A DNA stretch of 64,000 nt from Ilumatobacteraceae bacterium (lineage in GTDB: Bacteria; Actinomycetota; Acidimicrobiia; Acidimicrobiales; Ilumatobacteraceae), in assembly GCA_046086305.1 (NCBI GenBank), contig JBJSXI010000044.1, forward strand, positions 9,916-73,915. The letters run 5' to 3'. The number at the start of each line of letters is the position of its first letter. Position 1 is the stretch's first letter. The notes under the pieces are model-generated. The model was not told where the DNA came from. It did not search any database and saw only the letters and a program-made list of their open reading frames with translations. The position numbers were made by a program, and so were the translations under genes. This document shows, piece by piece, positions 17,641-26,055 of this stretch.

Positions 17641-20226
17641 GTGCGGACCGATCGGGATGCGCTGACGGCATCGTTCGCCTTCGATCTCGACGACTTCCAG
17701 ATCCGAGCACTCGACGCGCTCGACGACGGTGAGTCGGTGCTCGTCGCTGCACCCACCGGGAGCGGCAAGACGGCGGTGGCCGAGTACGCAATTCGAGCCA
17801 CGCTCGCCGATGGCCGGAGGTCGTTCTACACGACACCCGTCAAAGCTCTGTCGAACCAGAAGTACCGTGACCTGTGCGACGACCTGGGTGCTGGACGTGT
17901 GGGTCTGCTCACGGGCGACACCTCGGTGAACGGTGAGGCCGAGGTCGTCGTGATGACCACCGAGGTCCTGCGCAACATGATCTACGCCAACTCGCCGGCG
18001 CTGCGGCGACTCGGACTCGTCGTGCTCGACGAGGTCCACTTCCTGCAGGACGCCTACCGGGGCCCCGTGTGGGAGGAGGTCATCGTCCACCTGCCGGCGG
18101 CGATCAGGTTGGTGTGCCTCTCGGCGACGGTCAGCAATGCGAGCGAGGTCGCCGAATGGATCACCACGGTCCGCGGCCCGACCCGATCAGTGGTCGAAGA
18201 GCGCCGGCCGGTCCGTCTCGAGAACCACTATCTCGTGGGCGATGCGACCAACGATCGGCTCCAGCTCCTGCCGACGCTCGTTGCAGGTCGACCGAATTCC
18301 GACGCGCGTCGACTCGATGACGAGGGAAGTCGCCATGCCAGGCGCGGACAGCGCCACGCCCGCAGACGACTCTTCACGCCATCGCGAATCGACGTCATCG
18401 ACCTGCTCGCAGAGCGCGGGATGCTGCCCGCCATCTACTTCATCTTCAGCCGCAACCAGTGCGACGAGGCCGCTCGCAGTTGCCTGTCGGCGGGAATCCG
18501 GCTCACCACTGGCGACGAACGCGACCGCATCGCCGCGATCTGCGACGAACGCCTCGGCGGCCTCTCCGATGCCGACCTCGCCGTCCTCGGTTACGGACAG
18601 TTCATGGCCCAGCTCGACGCCGGGATCGCGACCCACCATGCGGGCATGATCCCGCCCTTCAAAGAAGTGGTCGAGGTGTGCTTCGTCGAGGGGCTCGTGA
18701 AGGTGGTCTTCGCGACCGAGACCCTCGCGGTCGGCATCAACATGCCGGCGAAGTGTGTCGTGATCGAGAAGCTCACCAAGTTCACCGGCGACCACCACAC
18801 GCAGCTCACACCGGCCGAGTACACCCAGCTCACCGGTCGCGCGGGTCGTCGGGGGCTCGACGACCACGGCAACGCCGTCGTCCTGTGGACACCGTGGGTC
18901 GGATTCGACCAGGTGGCCGTTCTCGCAGCGAGTCGATCGTTCCACCTGCGCTCTGCCTTCCGGCCCACGTACAACATGGCGGCCAATCTCGTGCGGACTT
19001 GCACCAGTGAGCGGGCTCATCACCTGTTGAACCTCTCCTTCGCCCAATTCCAGGCCGACCGCGACGTCGTGCGCCTCGAGGCCCGCCTCGACAACCGGCG
19101 CCAGCGCCACAGCGAACTCCTCGAGATGGCCCACAGCCCGTTCGGCGATCTCGACGACTTCCGCAGACGATCGGCGAGCACAACGCCATCGCGTGACGAC
19201 CCGGTGGAGACGGCACTCGGGGCACTCCGACCCGGCGACATCATCCACGCGCGCAAGGGTCGGTTCGCTGGACGGGTCGTGGTGCTCAGCACGGCAAGCC
19301 GGAAGGGGGGCGTGAAGCTCAGCGCCGTGACACCGGCCCGCGACCTGGTCCAACTGTCGGTCGTCGATTTCGACGAGATTCCCGACGTCGTCGGCCATGT
19401 CGAACTTCCCACTGGCTATTCCCCACACGTTCCCGAGTACCGCCGCGAGGTCGTCCGACGTCTCGAGCGCGCCGTGATCTCGCCCCGACCGCATCTCGAG
19501 CGGGGGAGTGATCGACTCCCCCCGACCCACCCGGTCGAGGACGACCCAGACCTCGACGAGCGACTCAAGGCTGCCTCACGAGCCGAGCGGGTGGCAGCCG
19601 AGATCGCCGACCTCGAATCCCGCATCGAGGGTCGAGGCCGATCCGTGGCCCGCGACTTCGATCGAGTGCTCTCGGTGCTCGAGTCATGGGGCTACGTCTC
19701 CGACTGGTCGCTCACCACATCGGGCCGCGTTCTCGTGCGTGTCTTCCACGAGTCGGATCTGCTCGTTGCGGAGTGTCTCGTGCGTGGTCTGCTCGACGAC
19801 CTCGACGCCCCGGCCCTCGCGGGACTCGTGAGTACCTTCGTCTACGAGCACCGCTCACCCGAACCGCCCCCCGCACCGGTGTTCCCGTCACCGCTGGTGC
19901 GACGGAGATGGCGCGACGTGCTGCGCACGAGCGACGAACTCCATCGCCTCGAGATCGATGCCGGACTCGCCGAGCATCGCAGTCCCGACCCGGGCTTCAT
20001 CGACGTCGCCGCTGCATGGGCGGCAGGGGATGACTTCGCCGACGTCGTCGACGCCGCCGAGCTCTCCGGTGGTGACTTCGTGCGCACCATCCGCCAACTC
20101 GTCGACCTGCTGCGTCAGATCGCGCTCGTTGCACCATCGTCCTCGACACGTGACGCCGCACGAGCGGCGTCCGACGGATTGTTCCGTGGGATCATCGCTG
20201 CGTCGGCGGAACCGGGGGAGACGTGA
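17641..20226 (+). CDS. helY: Ski2-like DEAD/DEAH-box RNA helicase HelY
   Basis: Motif I AAPTGSGKT, DEVH box, SAT, QLTGRAGRRG, plus a DSHCT-type C-terminus. tatC-helY synteny as in mycobacteria. Confidence 0.88.
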   Translation: MRTDRDALTASFAFDLDDFQIRALDALDDGESVLVAAPTGSGKTAVAEYAIRATLADGRRSFYTTPVKALSNQKYRDLCDDLGAGRVGLLTGDTSVNGEAEVVVMTTEVLRNMIYANSPALRRLGLVVLDEVHFLQDAYRGPVWEEVIVHLPAAIRLVCLSATVSNASEVAEWITTVRGPTRSVVEERRPVRLENHYLVGDATNDRLQLLPTLVAGRPNSDARRLDDEGSRHARRGQRHARRRLFTPSRIDVIDLLAERGMLPAIYFIFSRNQCDEAARSCLSAGIRLTTGDERDRIAAICDERLGGLSDADLAVLGYGQFMAQLDAGIATHHAGMIPPFKEVVEVCFVEGLVKVVFATETLAVGINMPAKCVVIEKLTKFTGDHHTQLTPAEYTQLTGRAGRRGLDDHGNAVVLWTPWVGFDQVAVLAASRSFHLRSAFRPTYNMAANLVRTCTSERAHHLLNLSFAQFQADRDVVRLEARLDNRRQRHSELLEMAHSPFGDLDDFRRRSASTTPSRDDPVETALGALRPGDIIHARKGRFAGRVVVLSTASRKGGVKLSAVTPARDLVQLSVVDFDEIPDVVGHVELPTGYSPHVPEYRREVVRRLERAVISPRPHLERGSDRLPPTHPVEDDPDLDERLKAASRAERVAAEIADLESRIEGRGRSVARDFDRVLSVLESWGYVSDWSLTTSGRVLVRVFHESDLLVAECLVRGLLDDLDAPALAGLVSTFVYEHRSPEPPPAPVFPSPLVRRRWRDVLRTSDELHRLEIDAGLAEHRSPDPGFIDVAAAWAAGDDFADVVDAAELSGGDFVRTIRQLVDLLRQIALVAPSSSTRDAARAASDGLFRGIIAASAEPGET

Positions 20227-20831
20227 GTATCCGACGCGGGAGTGAATGGGGGACCGTTGTCGTCCTACCGGACGAGGTCACCGTTGTGACCTCCGATGCC
20301 GAGCTGGCGCAGCTCTGTGCCGCCGGCACGGAATCTCAGCGGCCCATCGCGCTTGCCGGTGGCGACCTCGCGCGAACGATGGGGGGTGGCACCCCGGGCC
20401 GTATCCACCGCGGTGCCAGTGTCGTGCGCGCAGCGGTCGACATCGTCGAGGTGACATCGGAGGGGCGATCGTCGGTCTTCGTCGCCCACCTCGTCGCCCG
20501 GCGACGCTCGTGGCGGGGGCCCGTCGCATTCGCGATGAACGCCCAATTCATCGGACGGCACGACGTCGCGCCACGCGGCCACCCCGGTGACGCCCGGATC
20601 GAAGTGCTCCAGGTGGCCCCCACGATGCCGTGGCGGGCCCGTGTGGCCGCACGCCGTCGAGCGATCACCGGTACACACCTCCCGCATCCCGACCTGACGG
20701 TCTCATCGGTCACTCGGACGCGTCTGTCGTTCGATCGTCCGCTGCGCGTCTATCTCGACGGAGTGTTCTGGATGTCGACGACCCAGATCGACCTCACCGT
20801 CCGCCCCGCGGCCGTCGAGGTCCTCGTCTGA
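20223..20831 (+). CDS. hypothetical protein, possibly a degenerate diacylglycerol-kinase/NAD-kinase fold
   Basis: GTGA overlap with the helY stop. ALAGGD and ...RVYLDGVFW...LTVRPAAVEVLV resemble the DAGK catalytic GGDG motif and the accessory-domain end. Weak call. Confidence 0.4.
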   Translation: MSIRRGSEWGTVVVLPDEVTVVTSDAELAQLCAAGTESQRPIALAGGDLARTMGGGTPGRIHRGASVVRAAVDIVEVTSEGRSSVFVAHLVARRRSWRGPVAFAMNAQFIGRHDVAPRGHPGDARIEVLQVAPTMPWRARVAARRRAITGTHLPHPDLTVSSVTRTRLSFDRPLRVYLDGVFWMSTTQIDLTVRPAAVEVLV

Positions 20832-20872
20832 GGTGGCCACCCGGCCACTAGGGTCGGGCGTAGGAGGTTCCG

Positions 20873-22105
20873 GTGATCGACGTCGAACAGGCGAAACAGC
20901 AGGTCTGCGACCGGGTCGACGAACTCGCCGACCGTCTTGTCGATGCGAGCCGCCAGATCCACGCTCGACCTGAGTTGAACTACGAGGAGCACTTCGCCCA
21001 CGGACTGCTCACCGACCTGCTCGACGAGCTCAGCGGAGCGGGTGAACTCGTCGTCGAACGACAGGCATTCGGACTCGAGACAGCCTTCGACGCCACTGTT
21101 GCCTCGACTTCTCACCTCGGCGGCCCGACTGTTGCGGTGCTGTGCGAGTACGACGCACTCCCAGGGATCGGCCATGCGTGCGGCCACAACGTGATCGCTG
21201 CAGCGGGACTCGGCGCCGGACTCGCGGCTGCGATCGTGGCCGAATCGCTCGGCGGCCGTCTGCGGATCATGGGCACGCCGGCCGAGGAAGGCGGCGGAGG
21301 AAAGGTCCGCATGGCGCGACGCGGCGCGTTCGACGGCGTCGATGCGGCGATGATGGTCCATCCGGCCGACGCGGATCTGTTGAAGATGGACTGCCTCGCG
21401 ATCCAGGGTCTCGAGGTCAACTTCGCCGGACGAGCCGCGCACGCCGCCGCGGCACCCTGGGAGGGTCGCAATGCGCTCGATGCCGCAGTCCTCGGCTACA
21501 TGAACGTCGCAGCGTTGCGTCAGCACATCCGAGCCGACGAGCGCATCCACGGCGTCTTCACCAAGGGGGGCGACAAGCCGAACATCGTGCCGGCGACCGC
21601 GGCGATGGATTGGTACGTGCGGTCGGCCACTGTGGACTCACTCCAGACACTGAAGCGGCGCGTGCTCTCGTGCCTCGAGGGTGCCGCCCTCGCGTGTGGC
21701 TGCACGATGCACCACGAGTGGATCGACAATGTCTATGCCGAGATGATCGACAACGCGCCCCTCGTCGGCACCTATGTGGCCAACGCAGCCCGCCTCGGAC
21801 GGACGGTCGTCGACCCCCGCTCGGCGGGTCGGTCGGTGATGGGCAGCACCGACATGGGCAACATCAGCCATCTGGTGCCGTCGATCCACCCGATGATCAA
21901 GGTGGCCCCCGACGGGGTCCCGATCCACAGCGTCGACTTCGCCGAACACGCCGGGGGCCCTGCCGGCGACCGAGCGGTCATCGATGGGGCCAAGGCCATG
22001 GCCATGACCGTCGTCGATCTGTGGGCCTCGGCCGACCTGAGGGCCCGGATCAGTGCCGAATTCGCCGCCCGGCCCATCGGCGTCGACGTACTCGCCGGGC
22101 CCTGA
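20873..22105 (+). CDS. M20-family amidohydrolase/metallopeptidase (AbgB / M20D-like)
   Basis: CEYDALPGIGHACGHN and GTPAEEGGGGK motifs. AGGAGG lies upstream of the GTG. Confidence 0.8.
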   Translation: MIDVEQAKQQVCDRVDELADRLVDASRQIHARPELNYEEHFAHGLLTDLLDELSGAGELVVERQAFGLETAFDATVASTSHLGGPTVAVLCEYDALPGIGHACGHNVIAAAGLGAGLAAAIVAESLGGRLRIMGTPAEEGGGGKVRMARRGAFDGVDAAMMVHPADADLLKMDCLAIQGLEVNFAGRAAHAAAAPWEGRNALDAAVLGYMNVAALRQHIRADERIHGVFTKGGDKPNIVPATAAMDWYVRSATVDSLQTLKRRVLSCLEGAALACGCTMHHEWIDNVYAEMIDNAPLVGTYVANAARLGRTVVDPRSAGRSVMGSTDMGNISHLVPSIHPMIKVAPDGVPIHSVDFAEHAGGPAGDRAVIDGAKAMAMTVVDLWASADLRARISAEFAARPIGVDVLAGP

Positions 22106-22171
22106 GGGGCTCCTGAGAGGGCTCCGGGCGATCCCCTGACGCAGCGGGCCCGCCCCGTAGGATGACCCTTC

Positions 22172-23773
22172 GTGACGGTCTACGTCCCCGAGGAGTTCAC
22201 CGCCACCGAGCAGGACGTCCTTCGTCGATACTTCACCAATCTCGACGGTCCGGTGTTCGCCCTGGTGAACCTGCCCGAGGTGGTCAAGGGTGCGCTGTTC
22301 GCCCGCTACAGCCGCAGTCCCAAGAGCCTCCGTCGGCTCTTCCTCGACGAGTTCGTCGGCGATCTCGACATCAGCGGTGACGCAACGGTCGATGCAACAG
22401 TTGGCCTCGATCGAGCCGAGGAACTCTACGAGAAGGTGTTCTTCGAATATGGCGACGACTCGGTCGCCCAGCTCGGCGGCGTGCATCTGGCCTGCGAGCA
22501 GGCGAGCAACATCCTCACCAAGGTGCTCGAGTGGGGTCGGCTGATGAGCTATCTCGAGCAGAGCACGCGCTACATCAGCTACGACGCGCGTCTCGGTGGT
22601 CGGTATCGCTTCCACCGTGATCCAGCGATCCTGTCGAGTCGGTTCGGTACGCGGTACGTCGGCGACATGGACCGGATGTTCGACAGCTACAGCCTGCTGC
22701 TCACGCGGGTCACCGACCATGTCAGGGCAACGATCCCGCGCGATCCGAACGACAGCGACTTCGTCTATCGCACCGCCACTCGCGCCAAAGCGCTCGACGC
22801 GGTCCGAGGCGTGCTGCCCGCAGCCGCGTTGAGCAACGTCGGCATCTACGGATCGGGTCAGGCCTTCGAGGCGCTGCTGGTGCGCATGCGCGCCCATCCG
22901 CTGCCCGAGGCTCGGGCCTACGCCGATCTGATGCTCACCGAGTTGCGCAAGGTGATCCCCAGTTTCCTGCGTCGTGTCGACCTGCCAGAGCGTGGTGGAC
23001 GATGGACTCATTACCTGGAGTCGACTCGAACACACACTGCCGAGCTGGTGTCGTCGTTGTTCGCCTCGGCTCCGGTCGAGCGGGCCGCAGCAGTCGAGCT
23101 CGTCGATTTCGATCCTGACGCCGAGGACAAGCTGCTCGCAGCGATCTGCTACTCGCACACCGACCTCCCTGAGCGGCAGGTGCTCGAGCGGGTGCGCAGC
23201 CTCGGGCCGACCGAACGGCTCGCGCTCCTTCGCGCCTACGTCGGTGAGCGTGAGAATCGCCGCCACCGGCCCGGACGGGCCTTCGAGCGGATCGACTATC
23301 GATTCGACGTGCTGAGTGACTACGGCGCGTTCCGTGACCTTCAACGCCACCGGATGCTGACGATCGAGTGGCAGCGGCTCACGCCGAACCACGGATATGT
23401 CCGACCCGAGCTCGTCGAGGAAGCGGGGATGTCGGACGTGTTCGACGAGGCGATGGCTCGGTCGGCGTCGCTGTACGACGCACTCCACCACGAGTTCCCC
23501 GAGCAGGCCCAGTACGCGGTCAGCATGGCCTATCGGATGCGCTACTCGATGCAGTTCAATGCGCGAGAAGCGGTCCACCTGCTCGAACTGCGATCCTCGC
23601 CACAGGGGCACCCTTCCTATCGGCGCATCGTGCTCGAGATGCACCGGCTGATCGACGAGCAGGCTGGCCACCGAGCGGTCGCCGGTGCCATGTCGCACCT
23701 GACGACTGCAGCCCCGGAACTCGAGCGTCTGGCTGCCGAGCGGCGCGCCGAGGCCCGTCGGGGAACCACCTGA
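22172..23773 (+). CDS. double-length ThyX-domain protein (FAD-dependent thymidylate synthase-like, tandem fusion)
   Basis: 533 aa, about twice ThyX size. N-half has LMSYLEQSTRY and the C-half has LQRHRMLTIEW and HLLELRSSPQGH, all fragments of the ThyX signature. Confidence 0.65.
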   Translation: MTVYVPEEFTATEQDVLRRYFTNLDGPVFALVNLPEVVKGALFARYSRSPKSLRRLFLDEFVGDLDISGDATVDATVGLDRAEELYEKVFFEYGDDSVAQLGGVHLACEQASNILTKVLEWGRLMSYLEQSTRYISYDARLGGRYRFHRDPAILSSRFGTRYVGDMDRMFDSYSLLLTRVTDHVRATIPRDPNDSDFVYRTATRAKALDAVRGVLPAAALSNVGIYGSGQAFEALLVRMRAHPLPEARAYADLMLTELRKVIPSFLRRVDLPERGGRWTHYLESTRTHTAELVSSLFASAPVERAAAVELVDFDPDAEDKLLAAICYSHTDLPERQVLERVRSLGPTERLALLRAYVGERENRRHRPGRAFERIDYRFDVLSDYGAFRDLQRHRMLTIEWQRLTPNHGYVRPELVEEAGMSDVFDEAMARSASLYDALHHEFPEQAQYAVSMAYRMRYSMQFNAREAVHLLELRSSPQGHPSYRRIVLEMHRLIDEQAGHRAVAGAMSHLTTAAPELERLAAERRAEARRGTT

Positions 23774-23883
23774 TCGGTGTGCCCATGGGCCATCTCCGAG
23801 GTCCGTTTCGTCGACTCTCGGAGGTAGCCTCCCCGCCACTCGCGTAGGACCCCGACTCACGACGGCGAGGTGACGAGGAAACA

Positions 23884-24348
23884 ATGGCTGCAGACGACGA
23901 GGATCTCGAAGCGGAAGACTTCGACGAGGGTGAAGAGGTCGAGGACGACGTCGAAGACGTACTCGATGTCGACGATCTCGACGAGGAGGAGCTCGAGGAA
24001 GACCTCGACGAAGAGTTCGAGGCCGACGACGAGTTCGAGGACGAGGAAACCGAGGAGGAAGAGGGCGGTGCGCCGCGTCGTGCCGTCACCGACGAGGACG
24101 ACGACGACGAGGAGATGCTTGCGCCCGACGATGTCGAGGCCGACCTCGACACCATCCTCAAGGACCGTCTCGAGGCACCCGACGAGGAAGCCGACGAAGA
24201 GGCCGAGCCCGAGGACCGCTCGGATCCGGGGGATCGGCTACAGCCCAAGCGAGCCGATGAGAAGCTGTGCCCGAGTTGCTTCCTGCTCGTCCGCCAGAAC
24301 GCGCCCGGCTGTCCCGTAGCCGACGACGAGTGCCCGCTGTTCACATGA
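23884..24348 (+). CDS. hyper-acidic DUF4193-like protein with C-terminal Cys motif
   Basis: The first 100 or so residues are almost entirely D/E. C-terminus is KLCPSCFLLVRQNAPGCPVADDECP, resembling the actinobacterial DUF4193 C-terminal module. Confidence 0.6.
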   Translation: MAADDEDLEAEDFDEGEEVEDDVEDVLDVDDLDEEELEEDLDEEFEADDEFEDEETEEEEGGAPRRAVTDEDDDDEEMLAPDDVEADLDTILKDRLEAPDEEADEEAEPEDRSDPGDRLQPKRADEKLCPSCFLLVRQNAPGCPVADDECPLFT

Positions 24349-24767
24349 CCGAACGCCCGTCGGTCACCAACATCGCTGCCCGCGCGGTCGAGGTTGCGAT
24401 CTTCGCGCCGATCGGGCTCATCGACCTGCTCCGTCATGATGGGCCTCGGCTCGTCGACGAACGTCGACGTTCCGTCGAACATCAGGTACGCACTGCGCAC
24501 ATGATCGGCAAGATGAGCGTCGCCGTCGCGCGAACGAAGATGCGCCAGCGAGCCGAGCCCGCGACACCCGGGACGCAGCGTGTGTCGGCCCCGGCACCCC
24601 GCCCGGAGGAGCCTTTTGCCGGGTACGACTCGCTCCCGGCCGCCGAGGTCGTCGCGCTCCTCGAGCGGTTGCGGCCCGACGAGATCGACCGTGTGCGCTC
24701 GTACGAGGCAGCCACGCGTGCCCGTCGGACGGTGCTGGCCAAGGTCGACCAGTTGTCCGCTGCCTGA
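24345..24767 (+). CDS. hypothetical protein (140 aa)
   Basis: ATGA overlap with the previous stop. The conserved-looking C-terminus YDSLPAAEVVALLERLRPDEIDRVRSYEAATRARRTVLAKV is a helical, SAP/Rho-N-like motif. Confidence 0.5.
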   Translation: MTERPSVTNIAARAVEVAIFAPIGLIDLLRHDGPRLVDERRRSVEHQVRTAHMIGKMSVAVARTKMRQRAEPATPGTQRVSAPAPRPEEPFAGYDSLPAAEVVALLERLRPDEIDRVRSYEAATRARRTVLAKVDQLSAA

Positions 24768-25210
24768 TGGAGTTCGCTGTCCGGCGCCTGCGTCGGGACG
24801 ACTGCACCCTCGTCGGCTGGCTCGAGCAGCTTGCCCGCTCTGCGGCGGCGGAGATCCGTGGAGGGCCGGCGCTGTTGGCAGAAACACCCCTGGTGGGCGA
24901 CTGGGGGGATCATGTCGATGACGACCGGCGTCCGACCTGGGTCTCGACGCTCGACGGTGACGCGGTGGGATTTCTCGAGGCAAAGGTCGATGGCGTGACC
25001 CTCAGTGTGCGACAGGTCTTCGTGCATCCCGATGCACGCGAGCACGGACTCGGCGACGAGTTGCTCGCTGCGGCCGTCGAGCACGCACGGCGGAGCGGAT
25101 GCGTCCGCGTGGAGGGCACGGCCCTGCCCGGCGACCGTGACACCAAGAACCTCTACGAGCGTGCCGGGATCACGGCCAGGAAGATCACCGTGTCGAGGAC
25201 GCTCGACTGA
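24767..25210 (+). CDS. GNAT-family N-acetyltransferase
   Basis: QVFVHPDAREHGLGDELLAAAVEHARRSG is the acetyl-CoA binding motif A (Q/RxxGxG/A). Confidence 0.75.
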   Translation: MEFAVRRLRRDDCTLVGWLEQLARSAAAEIRGGPALLAETPLVGDWGDHVDDDRRPTWVSTLDGDAVGFLEAKVDGVTLSVRQVFVHPDAREHGLGDELLAAAVEHARRSGCVRVEGTALPGDRDTKNLYERAGITARKITVSRTLD

Positions 25211-25231
25211 GGAAGTGACCGCCGAACGGCG

Positions 25232-26017
25232 TCAGCGGCCCTTCCAGTCGGGTGGCCGCTTCTCGATGAACGCCGTCAGGCCCTCCTTGGTGTCCTCCGA
25301 GGCCAGGATCTTGCCGAATTCGGCGTTCGTCATCTCGATGAGGGTCTTGTCATCCGCAGTGTCGGCCGCGAGCACGACGCGCCGACTCGCCCACACCGCA
25401 AGTGGGGCAGCCGCGGTGATCTGCGCCGCGAGAGCGAGCGCGGCGTCGAGCGCCTCGCCCGGGCCGACGAGTCGATTGACAAGGCCGAGTTGATGGGCGC
25501 GCTCGGCAGGAATCGGCTCACCGGTGAGGATCGCCTCCATGGCCGCAGCTCGTCCGATCGCCCGTGGCAGCCGGAACAGTCCACCGGCGCCGGCGATCAG
25601 GTTCCGCTTCACCTCAGCCAGACCGAACGCCGATCTCGTCGTGGCCACGACCATGTCGGCGGCGAGCACGATCTCGCACCCTCCTGCGGTGGCGAGCCCA
25701 TCGACGGCGACGATCACCGGCTTCACCCGTTCCCTGTAGACGAACCCGGCGAAGCCGCCACGGGCCGTCCCGAGGGCCGCGCCCTGTCCGGAGTTGAGCG
25801 CCTTGAGGTCGGCCCCGGCGCAGAACACCGGCCGCTCCTGCCCGGCGGTCGATGCCGTGAGCACACCGACCCACACCTCGGGGTCGGCCTCCATCGCATC
25901 GATCGCGGCCTCGAGACCGGCCGCCACGTCGCCATTGACAGCGTTGCGGGCCTCGGGACGATTCAGGGTGATGACCGCAACGCGGCCGACGACCTCAGAG
26001 GTGACGATGTCGCTCAT
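25232..26017 (-). CDS. enoyl-CoA hydratase/isomerase (crotonase) family protein
   Basis: VAVITLNRPEARNA, FCAGADLK, VAVDGLATAGGCEIVLAADM and a C-terminal EGLTAFIEKRPPDWKG. Confidence 0.88.
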   Translation of the reverse strand: MSDIVTSEVVGRVAVITLNRPEARNAVNGDVAAGLEAAIDAMEADPEVWVGVLTASTAGQERPVFCAGADLKALNSGQGAALGTARGGFAGFVYRERVKPVIVAVDGLATAGGCEIVLAADMVVATTRSAFGLAEVKRNLIAGAGGLFRLPRAIGRAAAMEAILTGEPIPAERAHQLGLVNRLVGPGEALDAALALAAQITAAAPLAVWASRRVVLAADTADDKTLIEMTNAEFGKILASEDTKEGLTAFIEKRPPDWKGR

Positions 26018-26055
26018 GGCGCCGACGGTAGTGGTCGGCGACGAGGGGCGACGAG

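Noticed and set aside
16500-17801. 433-aa minus-strand ORF opposite tatB/tatC
   Set aside because: The TatC and TatA/B motifs on the plus strand are decisive. The antisense ORF is low-complexity.
21638-23884. 748-aa minus-strand ORF opposite the M20 3' end and the whole ThyX-like gene
   Set aside because: The plus-strand frame carries ThyX motifs. The minus-strand product has no motifs and an atypical composition. It is a GC-driven artefact.
23556-24983. 475-aa minus-strand ORF with long poly-Ser runs
   Set aside because: The Ser runs are simply the reverse-complement reading of the GAC/GAG/GAA acidic repeat of the DUF4193-like gene. There is no independent support.
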